The notes under the pieces: model-generated
Databases searched by the model: none
What the model saw: only the letters and a program-made list of their open reading frames with translations
Told to the model about the DNA's origin: nothing
Position numbers and translations under genes: made by a program
From: Planctomycetota bacterium
GTDB taxonomy: Bacteria; Planctomycetota; Phycisphaerae; WQYP01
Assembly: GCA_021819825.1 (NCBI GenBank)
Contig: JAKAEZ010000011.1
Span: 6,209-70,208 of the forward strand
Reading direction: 5' to 3'
Length of the DNA: 64,000 bases
Part shown: piece after piece, positions 28,986 to 37,917 of the stretch
Position numbering within the stretch: the stretch's first letter is position 1
Layout: each line of letters opens with the position of its first letter

Positions 28986-30401
28986 ATGGTGGCCGAGCAG
29001 GAGTTTTTTGTGGCAGAAGAAAAATTTGATCTGGTTATTGTCGGGTCCGGTCCCGCGGGTTATGTCGCGGCGGTGCGGGCGGGTCAGCTTGGAAAAAAAG
29101 TGGCGTGTGTTGAGCGTGCGGAACTGGGCGGTATTTGTCTGAATTGGGGTTGCATTCCCACCAAAGCGTTGATTCAGGATGCCCATGTCATGCACCAGAT
29201 GCACCGCGCGGCAAATGATTACGGCATTACGGTGAACACGGAAAAAATGCAGTGGGATAAAATTGTGGCGCGCAGCCGGTCGGTGGCGGTCACCATGAGC
29301 AAGGGCATTGAATTTCTGTTCAAGAAAAATAAAGTCTCAAAATTTTCCGGCACGGGCTTTATTCCCAAGCCCGGAATGGTGGAAGTGCGCGATGAGAAGG
29401 GCGCGGTGACCAGCACGTTACAAACCAATAAAATCCTGATTTGTACCGGGGCACGAAGTAGAGATTTGCCGAATATTAAGCCGGATGGAAAAAGAATTAT
29501 TACCAGCCGGGAGGCGATGATCCTACCGAAAATACCTGGAAAAATGCTCATTATTGGTGCCGGCGCGATCGGCGTGGAATTTGCGTATGTGTACAACGCG
29601 TTTGGCGCGCAGGTGACGCTCGTGGAAATGCTGCCTAATATCCTGCCTATTGAGGATTCCGATGTTAGCACCCGCCTGGAAGCCATTTTCAAGAAGCGTG
29701 GCATTGATATTCGCACCAACAGCAAAACTGAAAAAGTCGAGGTAAAGCCCGATGGCGCTGTAGTAACGCTGTCACGGGATGGTAAAAGTGAAACATTATC
29801 GGTTGATCTGGTACTCCTTGCGGTCGGCGTAACGGGTAACGTGGAAAATCTTTTTGCCCCCAGTGCCACGCCCATGATGGATCGCGGTGCCATTAAGGTC
29901 GATAAGAGTTTCAAAACATCGGTGGATGGCATCTACGCCGCCGGTGATGTGATCGGCCCGCCCTGGTTGGCGCATGTGGCAAGTATGGAGGCGACCATTG
30001 CCGTAGAGCGTATGTTTGAGGTCAACAATCGGGAAATGGATTACGCTACCATCCCCGGTTGCACTTATTGTTACCCGCAGGTGGCCAGTGTTGGCCTAAC
30101 TGAGAAACAATGCCGGGAAAAATCGCTGGACTATGAAATCGGCAAATACAATTTCGCAGCCAATGGCAAAGCGCAGGCCATGGGCGAGCCGGAAGGCTTT
30201 GTTAAATTAATTTTTGACAAGAAATATGGTGAGCTTCTCGGAGCGCATTTGCTGGGAGCCGAAGCTACGGAAATGCTCGCTGAACTGGTTTTGGCCCGCA
30301 GGCTGGAGGCCACACGCACTGAAATTGCCTCAACCATTCACGCCCATCCGACGCTTTCAGAAGCGGTGATGGATGCCGCCATGGTGGATGGGGGGCACTG
30401 A
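28986..30401 (+). CDS. lpdA: Dihydrolipoyl dehydrogenase (E3)
   Basis: It has GSGPAGYVAAVRAGQLG, the redox disulfide GGICLNWGCIPTKAL, and the C-terminal HAHPTLSE. Confidence 0.9.
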   Translation: MVAEQEFFVAEEKFDLVIVGSGPAGYVAAVRAGQLGKKVACVERAELGGICLNWGCIPTKALIQDAHVMHQMHRAANDYGITVNTEKMQWDKIVARSRSVAVTMSKGIEFLFKKNKVSKFSGTGFIPKPGMVEVRDEKGAVTSTLQTNKILICTGARSRDLPNIKPDGKRIITSREAMILPKIPGKMLIIGAGAIGVEFAYVYNAFGAQVTLVEMLPNILPIEDSDVSTRLEAIFKKRGIDIRTNSKTEKVEVKPDGAVVTLSRDGKSETLSVDLVLLAVGVTGNVENLFAPSATPMMDRGAIKVDKSFKTSVDGIYAAGDVIGPPWLAHVASMEATIAVERMFEVNNREMDYATIPGCTYCYPQVASVGLTEKQCREKSLDYEIGKYNFAANGKAQAMGEPEGFVKLIFDKKYGELLGAHLLGAEATEMLAELVLARRLEATRTEIASTIHAHPTLSEAVMDAAMVDGGH

Positions 30402-30559
30402 TCATCCTGGTGCCAAGAGCATGGGAAATTGTCCCGAGGATCGCGTCGGCTCATGTAGAATGGTATCCGACGCTCTCCATGCAGCGTACCGCCGCGGAAA
30501 TTCAGGATGCACAACTGCGGGCCAAATAGTACTGCGACGAGTTAAAAAAAGGGATTCGC

Positions 30560-32389
30560 ATGGAATCAGATAACAATCCGCTGTTAAATAACCCCAACAT
30601 GCCGCCGGTACCGCAGACCCCGGATGTTCGCAACTCGCCCGCTGCGCCATCGGCGGCCGGCTTGCCGCCCGCTGCCGCAATAGCCCCTGTTTCTCCTGTG
30701 CTTCCCGGACCTGCCCGTCCCTCTGGCAAGCCCAATCCGGGCATTAGAGAAACCCTGGAAACGGTGATTCTGGCGCTTATTCTCGCGTTCACGTTCCGCA
30801 CATTTTGCGTGGAAGCATTTGTTATTCCGACCGGTTCCATGGCTCCAACGCTAAGTGGTGCGCATTTCCGGGCCGTGTGCCCCATGTGCGGATATAATTT
30901 CAATGTCAATGCCAATGTTGATCAGCAATGGCTCCCCGTCCGTGATCCGGAAACCGGTCAGGTTGAATCCACGCTCGTGCGTGTGAACAATGGTGAATTG
31001 ACCGATCCCCATGCCATTCCCGCACCGGGTTACACCATGTGCCCGAATTGCCATTTTTTAATTCCCGCGGACGATTTGCGCGGCAAACCCATCCTCAAGC
31101 GAATTTACAGCAGCAATAATTCCTCTGAAACCTTGCACTTTCCATACACCTCCAACGGCGATCGTATTCTGGTGATGAAATATCTTTATTGGTTCTCGCC
31201 TCCCAAACGATGGAACGTCGTGGTATTCCGTGAGCCGATGTTTGGCAAGCAAAATTTCATCAAGCGGCTGGTGGGATTGCCGGGCAATACCGTTGAGATC
31301 GTCAATGGGGATGTATTTATTGACGGAAAAATCGCACACAAGCCGGTGCATGTCGAAAAATCCATGCTGCAGGTGGTCTACAACAACGACTTTTACCCCA
31401 CCGATGCCGGGCGCGAACGCATGAATGGCAATCGCTGGAGTAACCCATGGGTGGGCGAGCCGCAAAGCAGTAGTGCCGGAAAATGGTTTACCGGCGGCCC
31501 GGTAATTCATTTTTCAACCGGGCGCTCCGATGCCCTTGGGCATCTGGAGTTTATTCAGCGTAATAGTTATCTCTATAATGATCTGGGCTACAACGCGAAT
31601 CCTTATTGGAATGGGCACCACCTGGTCGGTAATCTGTATTTGCGGACGGTCTGGATATCGCACAGCCCTGATTCAGCCGTGCGCATGACGCTTGGTCCGG
31701 CCACCAATCGGTTTCAAATTACTCTGGCGCACGATGGCGCGTTAAAACTTTATCAATGGGATGCTGCGCTGCGCACCTACCGAGCCATCGCACGCAAATC
31801 CATGAGCATTTTTCACACGCCCGGGGCTTTGCAAGCCGGTCAAGCATACCGACTGGCGATGAGCAATACACAACATGAAGCGCGATTCTGGATCAACGGG
31901 CAATTGGTGTTGCAGTATGCGGCACCGTGGACCTTGGCCGATGCTTTGGCTGTTGCGCGCGTGCGTGAGGCGACCGGTGAACAGGAAACGCCCAAAGTAC
32001 AAATTGACGTAACCGGCGGCTGCACCTTGCGCCATCTGCTTTTAATGCGTGATATTTACTACACGCAAATGAAGATTCGCTTCCCCTTAAACAGCTCCGT
32101 GGATCCCGGCGGCACACGACCCGGAACCGGCACGATGGGCCATCCCATCACCCTGAAGAAGGGCCAGTACTTTATGCTGGGTGACAATTCCAATGACAGC
32201 GAGGATTCGCGAGCCTGGTACCGTGTCGAACCGGTGCTGCGACACATGCACCTGCCGCTGGGGGTGGTGCCGCAACGTTATATTCTGGGCCGCGCCTTTA
32301 TGGTTTACTGGCCCGCCGGCTTCCGTCCGATGCGTGCCATCAACTGGGCCATCATTCCCAACATCGGCCGCATGAGATTTATACGGTAG
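30560..32389 (+). CDS. lepB: Signal peptidase I (S26), unusually long (609 aa), with a Cys4 zinc-ribbon-like insertion
   Basis: It has GSMAPTL (Ser box), FIKRLVGLPGNTVEI (Lys box) and MLGDNSNDSEDSRAW (box E). CPMC (from 30878) and CPNC (to 31051) lie between the Ser and Lys boxes. Confidence 0.8.
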   Translation: MESDNNPLLNNPNMPPVPQTPDVRNSPAAPSAAGLPPAAAIAPVSPVLPGPARPSGKPNPGIRETLETVILALILAFTFRTFCVEAFVIPTGSMAPTLSGAHFRAVCPMCGYNFNVNANVDQQWLPVRDPETGQVESTLVRVNNGELTDPHAIPAPGYTMCPNCHFLIPADDLRGKPILKRIYSSNNSSETLHFPYTSNGDRILVMKYLYWFSPPKRWNVVVFREPMFGKQNFIKRLVGLPGNTVEIVNGDVFIDGKIAHKPVHVEKSMLQVVYNNDFYPTDAGRERMNGNRWSNPWVGEPQSSSAGKWFTGGPVIHFSTGRSDALGHLEFIQRNSYLYNDLGYNANPYWNGHHLVGNLYLRTVWISHSPDSAVRMTLGPATNRFQITLAHDGALKLYQWDAALRTYRAIARKSMSIFHTPGALQAGQAYRLAMSNTQHEARFWINGQLVLQYAAPWTLADALAVARVREATGEQETPKVQIDVTGGCTLRHLLLMRDIYYTQMKIRFPLNSSVDPGGTRPGTGTMGHPITLKKGQYFMLGDNSNDSEDSRAWYRVEPVLRHMHLPLGVVPQRYILGRAFMVYWPAGFRPMRAINWAIIPNIGRMRFIR

Positions 32390-32918
32390 GGTTTCCGGGC
32401 GACTCGCGGAACAACCCGACTTTTTTATCACGATATTCCCGCAGGTGGGTAATAACCCCCGGCGGCAGCAAGGCGCTTAAATTATCCAGATTGCCCCCCA
32501 GGGAGGCGATTTGTCTGATCAGGCTGCTGGACGTAAAGCCGAAGCGTTCATTGGTCATAATAAAAACGGTATCCACATCCGCCACGGCTCGATTGGTGAG
32601 AGCCAGTTGAAATTCGTACTCGAGATCGGTCATGTTTCGCAGGCCGCGAAGTATGGCAATAGCTCCACGTTTACGCACCAATTCCACGGTCAGCCCCTCG
32701 TAGGCCTCCACCGATACCGTGGGGAGATCGGCCACGAGGCCCCGAATTAATTCCAATCTTTGGTCCACCGGGAAGAGTTCCGATTTCTCCGGATTTTTCC
32801 CAATGGCCACAATCAGATGATCGAAAAGTTTATAGCCTCGGCGGATCACATCCAGGTGCCCCAACGTCGGCGGATCAAACGTGCCGGGAAAAACCGCGAT
32901 TTTACTGGCTTTTATCAT
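32379..32918 (-). CDS. coaD: Pantetheine-phosphate adenylyltransferase
   Basis: It has AVFPGTFDPPTLGHLDVIRRG and ILRGLRNMTDLEYE. The start is ATG 32918. Its 3' end overlaps the convergent lepB by 11 nt. Confidence 0.9.
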   Translation of the reverse strand: MIKASKIAVFPGTFDPPTLGHLDVIRRGYKLFDHLIVAIGKNPEKSELFPVDQRLELIRGLVADLPTVSVEAYEGLTVELVRKRGAIAILRGLRNMTDLEYEFQLALTNRAVADVDTVFIMTNERFGFTSSSLIRQIASLGGNLDNLSALLPPGVITHLREYRDKKVGLFRESPGNPTV

Positions 32919-33169
32919 AAAATTTCCTTTCGCATCCAAATACCGCGCCTTGCACGGAGGCCTTACGGACTATTGCCCTTGGCATTATCGGGTGTAATTA
33001 TCGCCGGAGCCATTGACTTGTCCAAAATTGACTGTATTTTACCGGCGGTTGGATTGCTCTTTACCGGGGTGCCGGGGGATAGTTCCGCCGCTTGCATGGA
33101 TCTCGATCTAAGATTGGGGCGGCGGTGGAAAGCCGGCATACTTGGTTGGCAGATTATGGAGAACCGTAT

Positions 33170-33550
33170 ATGGTCATGCAGTGTAGTGTCGAAGATTTTG
33201 GGGCGGGCCAATCTAAATTGTCGGCACCGCAGGATTCGCTGGAGTCGCTTTTTTCCGCGGGCGGGCCGGAAACAGCCGATGCGGAGGAGTCATTAGCGGC
33301 CATCATCGCTGAGCCGGAAGATCCATGTGAAGATACGGCATTAGGGCAGGCGAAACGTCGGCGGGATGAAGAGGACGACGATCTGGATGAGGATGAAGAC
33401 GATGAGGACGATCTGGATGACGATGAAGATGAAGATGACGATGAAGAGGATGATTTTGAGGACGACGACGTAGGCGGCGCGTATGATGATGATGATGATC
33501 TTGATGATGAAGATGAAGACATCTTCTACGATGAAGATGATGATGATTAA
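33170..33550 (+). CDS. Hyper-acidic small protein (126 aa; the C-terminal 65 residues or so are almost entirely Asp/Glu)
   Basis: ATG 33170 follows a ggag. The tail reads DEEDDDLDEDEDDEDDLDDDEDEDDDEEDDFEDDDVGGAYDDDDDLDDEDEDIFYDEDDDD and is encoded with mixed GAT/GAC/GAA/GAG codons. The coding call is tentative because the region is low-complexity. Confidence 0.45.
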   Translation: MVMQCSVEDFGAGQSKLSAPQDSLESLFSAGGPETADAEESLAAIIAEPEDPCEDTALGQAKRRRDEEDDDLDEDEDDEDDLDDDEDEDDDEEDDFEDDDVGGAYDDDDDLDDEDEDIFYDEDDDD

Positions 33551-33606
33551 TTCCAAAGCTACGGAACCTTTTTGGGGCCATAGTCGCTGCGCCCGAGGTT
33601 CTGACT

Positions 33607-34545
33607 GTGGATGATTTTCGCCCACTGCCTGCTGCGATCCGTTCATTGATTGAATTGGCGATACGGGAAGACCTCGGTGATTTGCCGAACACCGCGGATA
33701 AAACCGCCATCCGGTTGGATCGCACGGTTGCTTTAAGTATTCCCCCCGATATATCCGCCGTGGGAAAAATTGTTGCTCGCAAAGAAGCGGTGATTTCCGG
33801 CTCAGTTCTGGTGGCCGAGATTCTTTCATATTATGACCCGCGGATTAAAAGTTCCATTTTGATTCCGGACGGCGGCCTGGCGCAGCCCGGCGGAGCGGTT
33901 GCGGAAATCATGGGGCCGGCTGGCGCGATACTTGCCGCCGAACGGGTGGTGTTGAATTTTCTGGGACGCCTTTCGGGCATCGCCACGTTGACCAGGCAAT
34001 ACGTTCAGGCTGCCGCCGGGGGATCCAACCAATCGGGAAAGCCGGTTATTTGTGACACCCGAAAAACGACCCCCGGCTGGCGGGAGTTGGAAAAATATGC
34101 GGTGCGGTGCGGTGGGGGAGTTAATCATCGCATGGGGCTTTTTGACGGGGTCATGCTGAAGGATAATCATCTTGCGGCCTTGCGCCGATCCGCGGGAAAG
34201 GCATTATCTTTATCGGAAATCACCCGTCAGTTGCGCGCCGGCATCCCCCGGCATATTCCCCTGTGGCTGGAAATTGATCTTCTGGATCAACTGCGGGAAG
34301 CTCTGCCGGGTGCGGCGGATATTATTCTTCTGGACAATATGACGCCATCGCAGATGCGGCAAGCCGTTATGCTGCGCGATGAATTCCGCCCGGGCGGGCC
34401 GCCATTGCTGGAGGCTTCCGGTGGCGTTACGCTCAAGACTATCGCGGAGATCGCCGCCACGGGCGTGGACCGTATCAGTGTCGGCGCACTGACGCATTCG
34501 GCACCCGCCTCGGACTTGGCAATGGATTTTCTCGAACATGAGTGA
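33607..34545 (+). CDS. nadC: Nicotinate-nucleotide pyrophosphorylase (quinolinate phosphoribosyltransferase)
   Basis: It has AERVVLNFLGRLSGIAT, DTRKTTPGWRELEKYAVRCGGGVNHRMGL, LKDNH and the C-terminal GALTHSA. The start is GTG. Confidence 0.9.
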   Translation: MDDFRPLPAAIRSLIELAIREDLGDLPNTADKTAIRLDRTVALSIPPDISAVGKIVARKEAVISGSVLVAEILSYYDPRIKSSILIPDGGLAQPGGAVAEIMGPAGAILAAERVVLNFLGRLSGIATLTRQYVQAAAGGSNQSGKPVICDTRKTTPGWRELEKYAVRCGGGVNHRMGLFDGVMLKDNHLAALRRSAGKALSLSEITRQLRAGIPRHIPLWLEIDLLDQLREALPGAADIILLDNMTPSQMRQAVMLRDEFRPGGPPLLEASGGVTLKTIAEIAATGVDRISVGALTHSAPASDLAMDFLEHE

Positions 34546-35359
34546 GTCAATTTGTAATTCCATCGCAGAAGATTCCCTGCGGGCCATGCTTTCTGAAAAT
34601 CAAATCACTCTCGAAGTCCGGGCATTTCTGCAAACGCCCAGCACCAATGATGAATGTTTTACCCTGGCAGCCGCTGGAGCACAGCAGCCGGTAGCCGTCT
34701 GTGCGGATCTCCAGACGAGGGGGCGGGGCCGTCGGGGAAATCGCTGGGACGCTAAACCCGGGCAGTCCGCATTATTGTCGCTCTTACTTCCGGGGCGGGA
34801 CCTATCGGTCGAAACCTTATCTCTGGCTGCGGGATTGGCCGTGGCGGATAGCGTTACGCTGTTTACCGGGCGGGTTCCTGAACTCAAATGGCCCAACGAT
34901 GTGTTGGTGGACGGGCGCAAACTGGCGGGCGTTTTGATTGAAACGCGAGCCAATATAAAAAATCCCGCGCTGACGGATTACGTTATTGGTGTGGGTATAA
35001 ATGTCTTACAGAAGCAGCATGATTTTCCGCCGGAGCTTGCGGACCGGGCGGTGGCACTTAATATGATTTCCAATCAGTCCTGGGATATTCCCGCAGTGCT
35101 TGTGGTACTGATCAAGAATCTGCAACAGTGGTGTAATCCGCCGGCACCGATCGAAAAAATTCTACCGCTTTGGCGATCGCGATGTCGAATGCTGGGGCGG
35201 CATATCCGCGTATCCTGTGCTGGGCATATTATTGAAGGCACCGTGGCGGATATTGATCCTCTGGAGGGGCTGATTGTTCGAGATTATCTTGGCATGAACC
35301 ACGCCTGTCTGGCTTCGCAGACTACCGTATTACGGGATGGCCCCCGGACCCATGAATGA
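34538..35359 (+). CDS. birA: Biotin-[acetyl-CoA-carboxylase] ligase (no N-terminal HTH domain evident)
   Basis: It has QTRGRGRRGNRW and LKWPNDVLVDGRKLAGVLIE. It overlaps the nadC stop by 8 nt. Confidence 0.8.
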   Translation: MSESICNSIAEDSLRAMLSENQITLEVRAFLQTPSTNDECFTLAAAGAQQPVAVCADLQTRGRGRRGNRWDAKPGQSALLSLLLPGRDLSVETLSLAAGLAVADSVTLFTGRVPELKWPNDVLVDGRKLAGVLIETRANIKNPALTDYVIGVGINVLQKQHDFPPELADRAVALNMISNQSWDIPAVLVVLIKNLQQWCNPPAPIEKILPLWRSRCRMLGRHIRVSCAGHIIEGTVADIDPLEGLIVRDYLGMNHACLASQTTVLRDGPRTHE

Positions 35360-35390
35360 TCCTCTGCGCTCATGGTGCCGGCCCTGACGA

Positions 35391-36338
35391 TCAAAGAGCG
35401 GTCCTGTTCGTAGCGTTAAAGTCCCCGGATTCTTTTTTGCGATACTGTTGAGGAGTCGTGCCCAGTTCGCGACGGAAGACCACCGCCAGATGCGTAGGGC
35501 TGGAAAAGCCGGCGGCATAGGCAATACGCTTCACCGGCAAACGTGTTTCACGCAGCATCCGCTGGGCTCGCGCCAAACGGCAGGCCGTTAATTCCTCCAG
35601 CACATTTCGACCACGTGCGGACAGGAAATGCCGCGACAGCGTTCGGCGTTGAATTCCCAACGCGCGGGCGATGTCATGCACCGACAAATTTCGATGGCTC
35701 TGGTTCCAAATCAGATGCAGCCCCGCATTGACAATGGCATCCTGTGTGGGCACGGCATGGGATGCCGGAGGCTTTCCGACTTGGCGAGCCTCGGTGGCCT
35801 CACCGTTGCCCAGGGCAATGGCCAGCGCCTCCAGGGTTAAGAGGGCCAATTCCCGGGGCGAACCGCTTGGGTTCTTGCGAGTAAATTCGATAATCGCATC
35901 CATGCTTTCGGCCAGACGTTCTGGTGTTTTGATCGTGCGGACCAGATTTGCCGGCGAAATAAGCCCGGTGGTCTGCCACATGTGCGGTATCTGGCCGTTG
36001 AAAGATAAATACACCTCGGCCCAACCGGTTCCCGCGGTGGGACGGTACCGGTGCCATACGTCGGGAAGCAGCAGCAATGCTGTTCCCGCTTTAATGTTGG
36101 TGCGACCGGTAACGTGTGATTCAAACTCTCCCGATCCCGAATAGATGTAAACCAGTTGGTATTCCGGCAGCACCCGGCCGGTTTCCCACGTGAACATGTA
36201 CATGCGCGGGTGTGCGGTATGCGGATAGCGTTCAAAGGGCCTATACTGTTCGCGCCCCGCACCGGTAAGATACAACCCGGTAGCCATCGCTGCGTCGTCC
36301 ACCGGAAAATAGATGGGGCGTTCAATGTCATTTTTCAT
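35391..36338 (-). CDS. AraC/XylS-family transcriptional regulator (N-terminal cupin, C-terminal double HTH)
   Basis: It has the C-terminal AraC signature (IARALGIQRRTLSRHF ... IAYAAGFSSPTHLAVVFRRELGTTPQQYR). It is divergent from rhaT. Confidence 0.8.
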   Translation of the reverse strand: MKNDIERPIYFPVDDAAMATGLYLTGAGREQYRPFERYPHTAHPRMYMFTWETGRVLPEYQLVYIYSGSGEFESHVTGRTNIKAGTALLLLPDVWHRYRPTAGTGWAEVYLSFNGQIPHMWQTTGLISPANLVRTIKTPERLAESMDAIIEFTRKNPSGSPRELALLTLEALAIALGNGEATEARQVGKPPASHAVPTQDAIVNAGLHLIWNQSHRNLSVHDIARALGIQRRTLSRHFLSARGRNVLEELTACRLARAQRMLRETRLPVKRIAYAAGFSSPTHLAVVFRRELGTTPQQYRKKESGDFNATNRTAL

Positions 36339-36649
36339 AGATCATGTAACCTAATAAGAGGATAAATCGTGCCGATAATTATGATTTTATATTAAAAATA
36401 AGATGTCAAAAAATCAATAGAACTTGTTGTTGACTTGGTGCCCAAAATCGTTAGCATACCGCATGAAAGAATGGCGGAGTGTTGGTTGGGTACCCCCGGC
36501 GTACCGGCCGGCAGATGCGGAAATATCCCGGTTCTTGGAGCCGTGCCCGGCAGTTGTAGTAGTCTTACTGCTGTTTTCCGTGCAGCGTTCAGGTTTTCAG
36601 GGCCGCTGTTCTTCTTATTGCTGTTTCAATAGGTTTTGCTCTAAAAGCT

Positions 36650-37882
36650 ATGGAGGCTGTTTTGAATACCGGCTCAGGTACAAATTGGTTTGCGGCCGTG
36701 GCGCTGCATTGGACAGGTGGCTTGGCTTCCGCGAGTTTTTATCTGCCGTTCCGAGGAGTAAAGCGCTGGAGTTGGGAAACCTACTGGCTGGTGGGCGGGT
36801 TCTTCAGTTGGATTGTCGCGCCCTTATGTTTCGCGTGGCTCCTGGTGCCGGATTTCTGGCAGGCCATTCATGCCGCCAGCGCCTCAACGATTTTCTGGAC
36901 CTATTTTTTCGGGGTGCTCTGGGGGTTGGGAGGTCTGACCTTCGGCCTGACCATGCGGTATCTGGGCATTGGCCTGGGCATGGCTATTGCCCTGAGCTAT
37001 TGCGCGGCGTTCGGCACGCTGATGGTTCCCATATATGACGGACAATTTGGTAATCTGGTGACTCATCTGTATGGTCAGGTCCTTCTGCTGGGTGTGCTGG
37101 TATGCTTGGCGGGGATCGCGGTCAGCGGCATGGCCGGGATGTCCAAAGAGCGGGAACTTCCGGAGGATCAAAAACAAAAGGTGGTCAAGGAATTCAACTT
37201 CAAAAAAGGAATTATGGTGGCCACCTTTTCCGGCATTATGAGTGCCTGCTTTAATTTTGGCCTCACCGCCGCAACGCCGATTAAGAATACCGCCAAAGTC
37301 TTATTGGCGACGCATCATGCCAGCAACATGTGGAATGGCCTGCCATCCCTGGTGGTTCTGCTCTGGGGTGGATTTACCACTAATTTTATATGGTGCCTGA
37401 TTCTGCATTTGAAAAATCGCAGCGGTCGGCAATATCTGGCCGCAACTTCCGCGCCGGAGGAAAATCGGATCGTCACGGGTCTTGATGGGCCGGGTTATTC
37501 CGAGCCAGTGGGTAATATCGAATTACCCTCTAATCGGGTGCCTCTGTTGAATAACTACACCCTTTCCGCGCTTGCCGGTGTTACGTGGTATTTCCAGTTC
37601 TTCTTCTATACGATGGGCCAGACCAAAATGCCGGAAGCGGGCAAATTCTCTGGTTGGACGCTGCACATGGCAAGCATCATTATTTTCGCCACGCTTTGGG
37701 GCGTGATACTTCATGAGTGGAAAGGTACCAGCAAAAAAACCCACGCGCTTATTACCGGCGGAATTATCGTACTGGTGCTTTCCACGATTATTGTCGGTAT
37801 GGGCAACTATCTGAAAAAGAAAACACCCGCGAAGCCGGCCAAGCCGACCGCCGCTTTGGTTGTGCCGCAGCACACGGCATAA
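36650..37882 (+). CDS. rhaT: L-rhamnose/H+ symporter
   Basis: It is colinear with E. coli RhaT: SASFYLPFRGVKRWSWETYWLVGG, GLTMRYLGIGLGMAI, FNFKKG, WYFQFFFY. It has one extra loop and a Lys/Pro-rich C-terminal tail. Confidence 0.85.
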   Translation: MEAVLNTGSGTNWFAAVALHWTGGLASASFYLPFRGVKRWSWETYWLVGGFFSWIVAPLCFAWLLVPDFWQAIHAASASTIFWTYFFGVLWGLGGLTFGLTMRYLGIGLGMAIALSYCAAFGTLMVPIYDGQFGNLVTHLYGQVLLLGVLVCLAGIAVSGMAGMSKERELPEDQKQKVVKEFNFKKGIMVATFSGIMSACFNFGLTAATPIKNTAKVLLATHHASNMWNGLPSLVVLLWGGFTTNFIWCLILHLKNRSGRQYLAATSAPEENRIVTGLDGPGYSEPVGNIELPSNRVPLLNNYTLSALAGVTWYFQFFFYTMGQTKMPEAGKFSGWTLHMASIIIFATLWGVILHEWKGTSKKTHALITGGIIVLVLSTIIVGMGNYLKKKTPAKPAKPTAALVVPQHTA

Positions 37883-37917
37883 TCGTGGTTTCACCCATCG
37901 TATTTTAACCCCCGGCG

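Noticed and set aside
32379-32389. An 11-nt convergent overlap of the lepB and coaD 3' ends, considered as a possible regulatory antisense arrangement.
   Set aside because: Short convergent overlaps are common in compact genomes, and there is no associated structure. It is noted but not considered significant.
33154-33829. Three minus-strand ORFs (Ser-rich 33154-33522; His/Arg-rich 33303-33782; Ile-rich 33341-33829) over the acidic-tail region and the nadC start.
   Set aside because: They are reverse-complement artefacts of GAT/GAA/GAC/GAG repeats (giving TCn/ATC/CAT strings). They overlap the well-supported nadC 5' end.
36424-37038. A 204-aa plus-strand ORF spanning the AraC-rhaT intergenic region and the 5' part of rhaT.
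   Set aside because: It is out of frame with rhaT, whose product aligns with E. coli RhaT from its first residues. The ORF product is Cys/Arg/Phe-rich and not protein-like.
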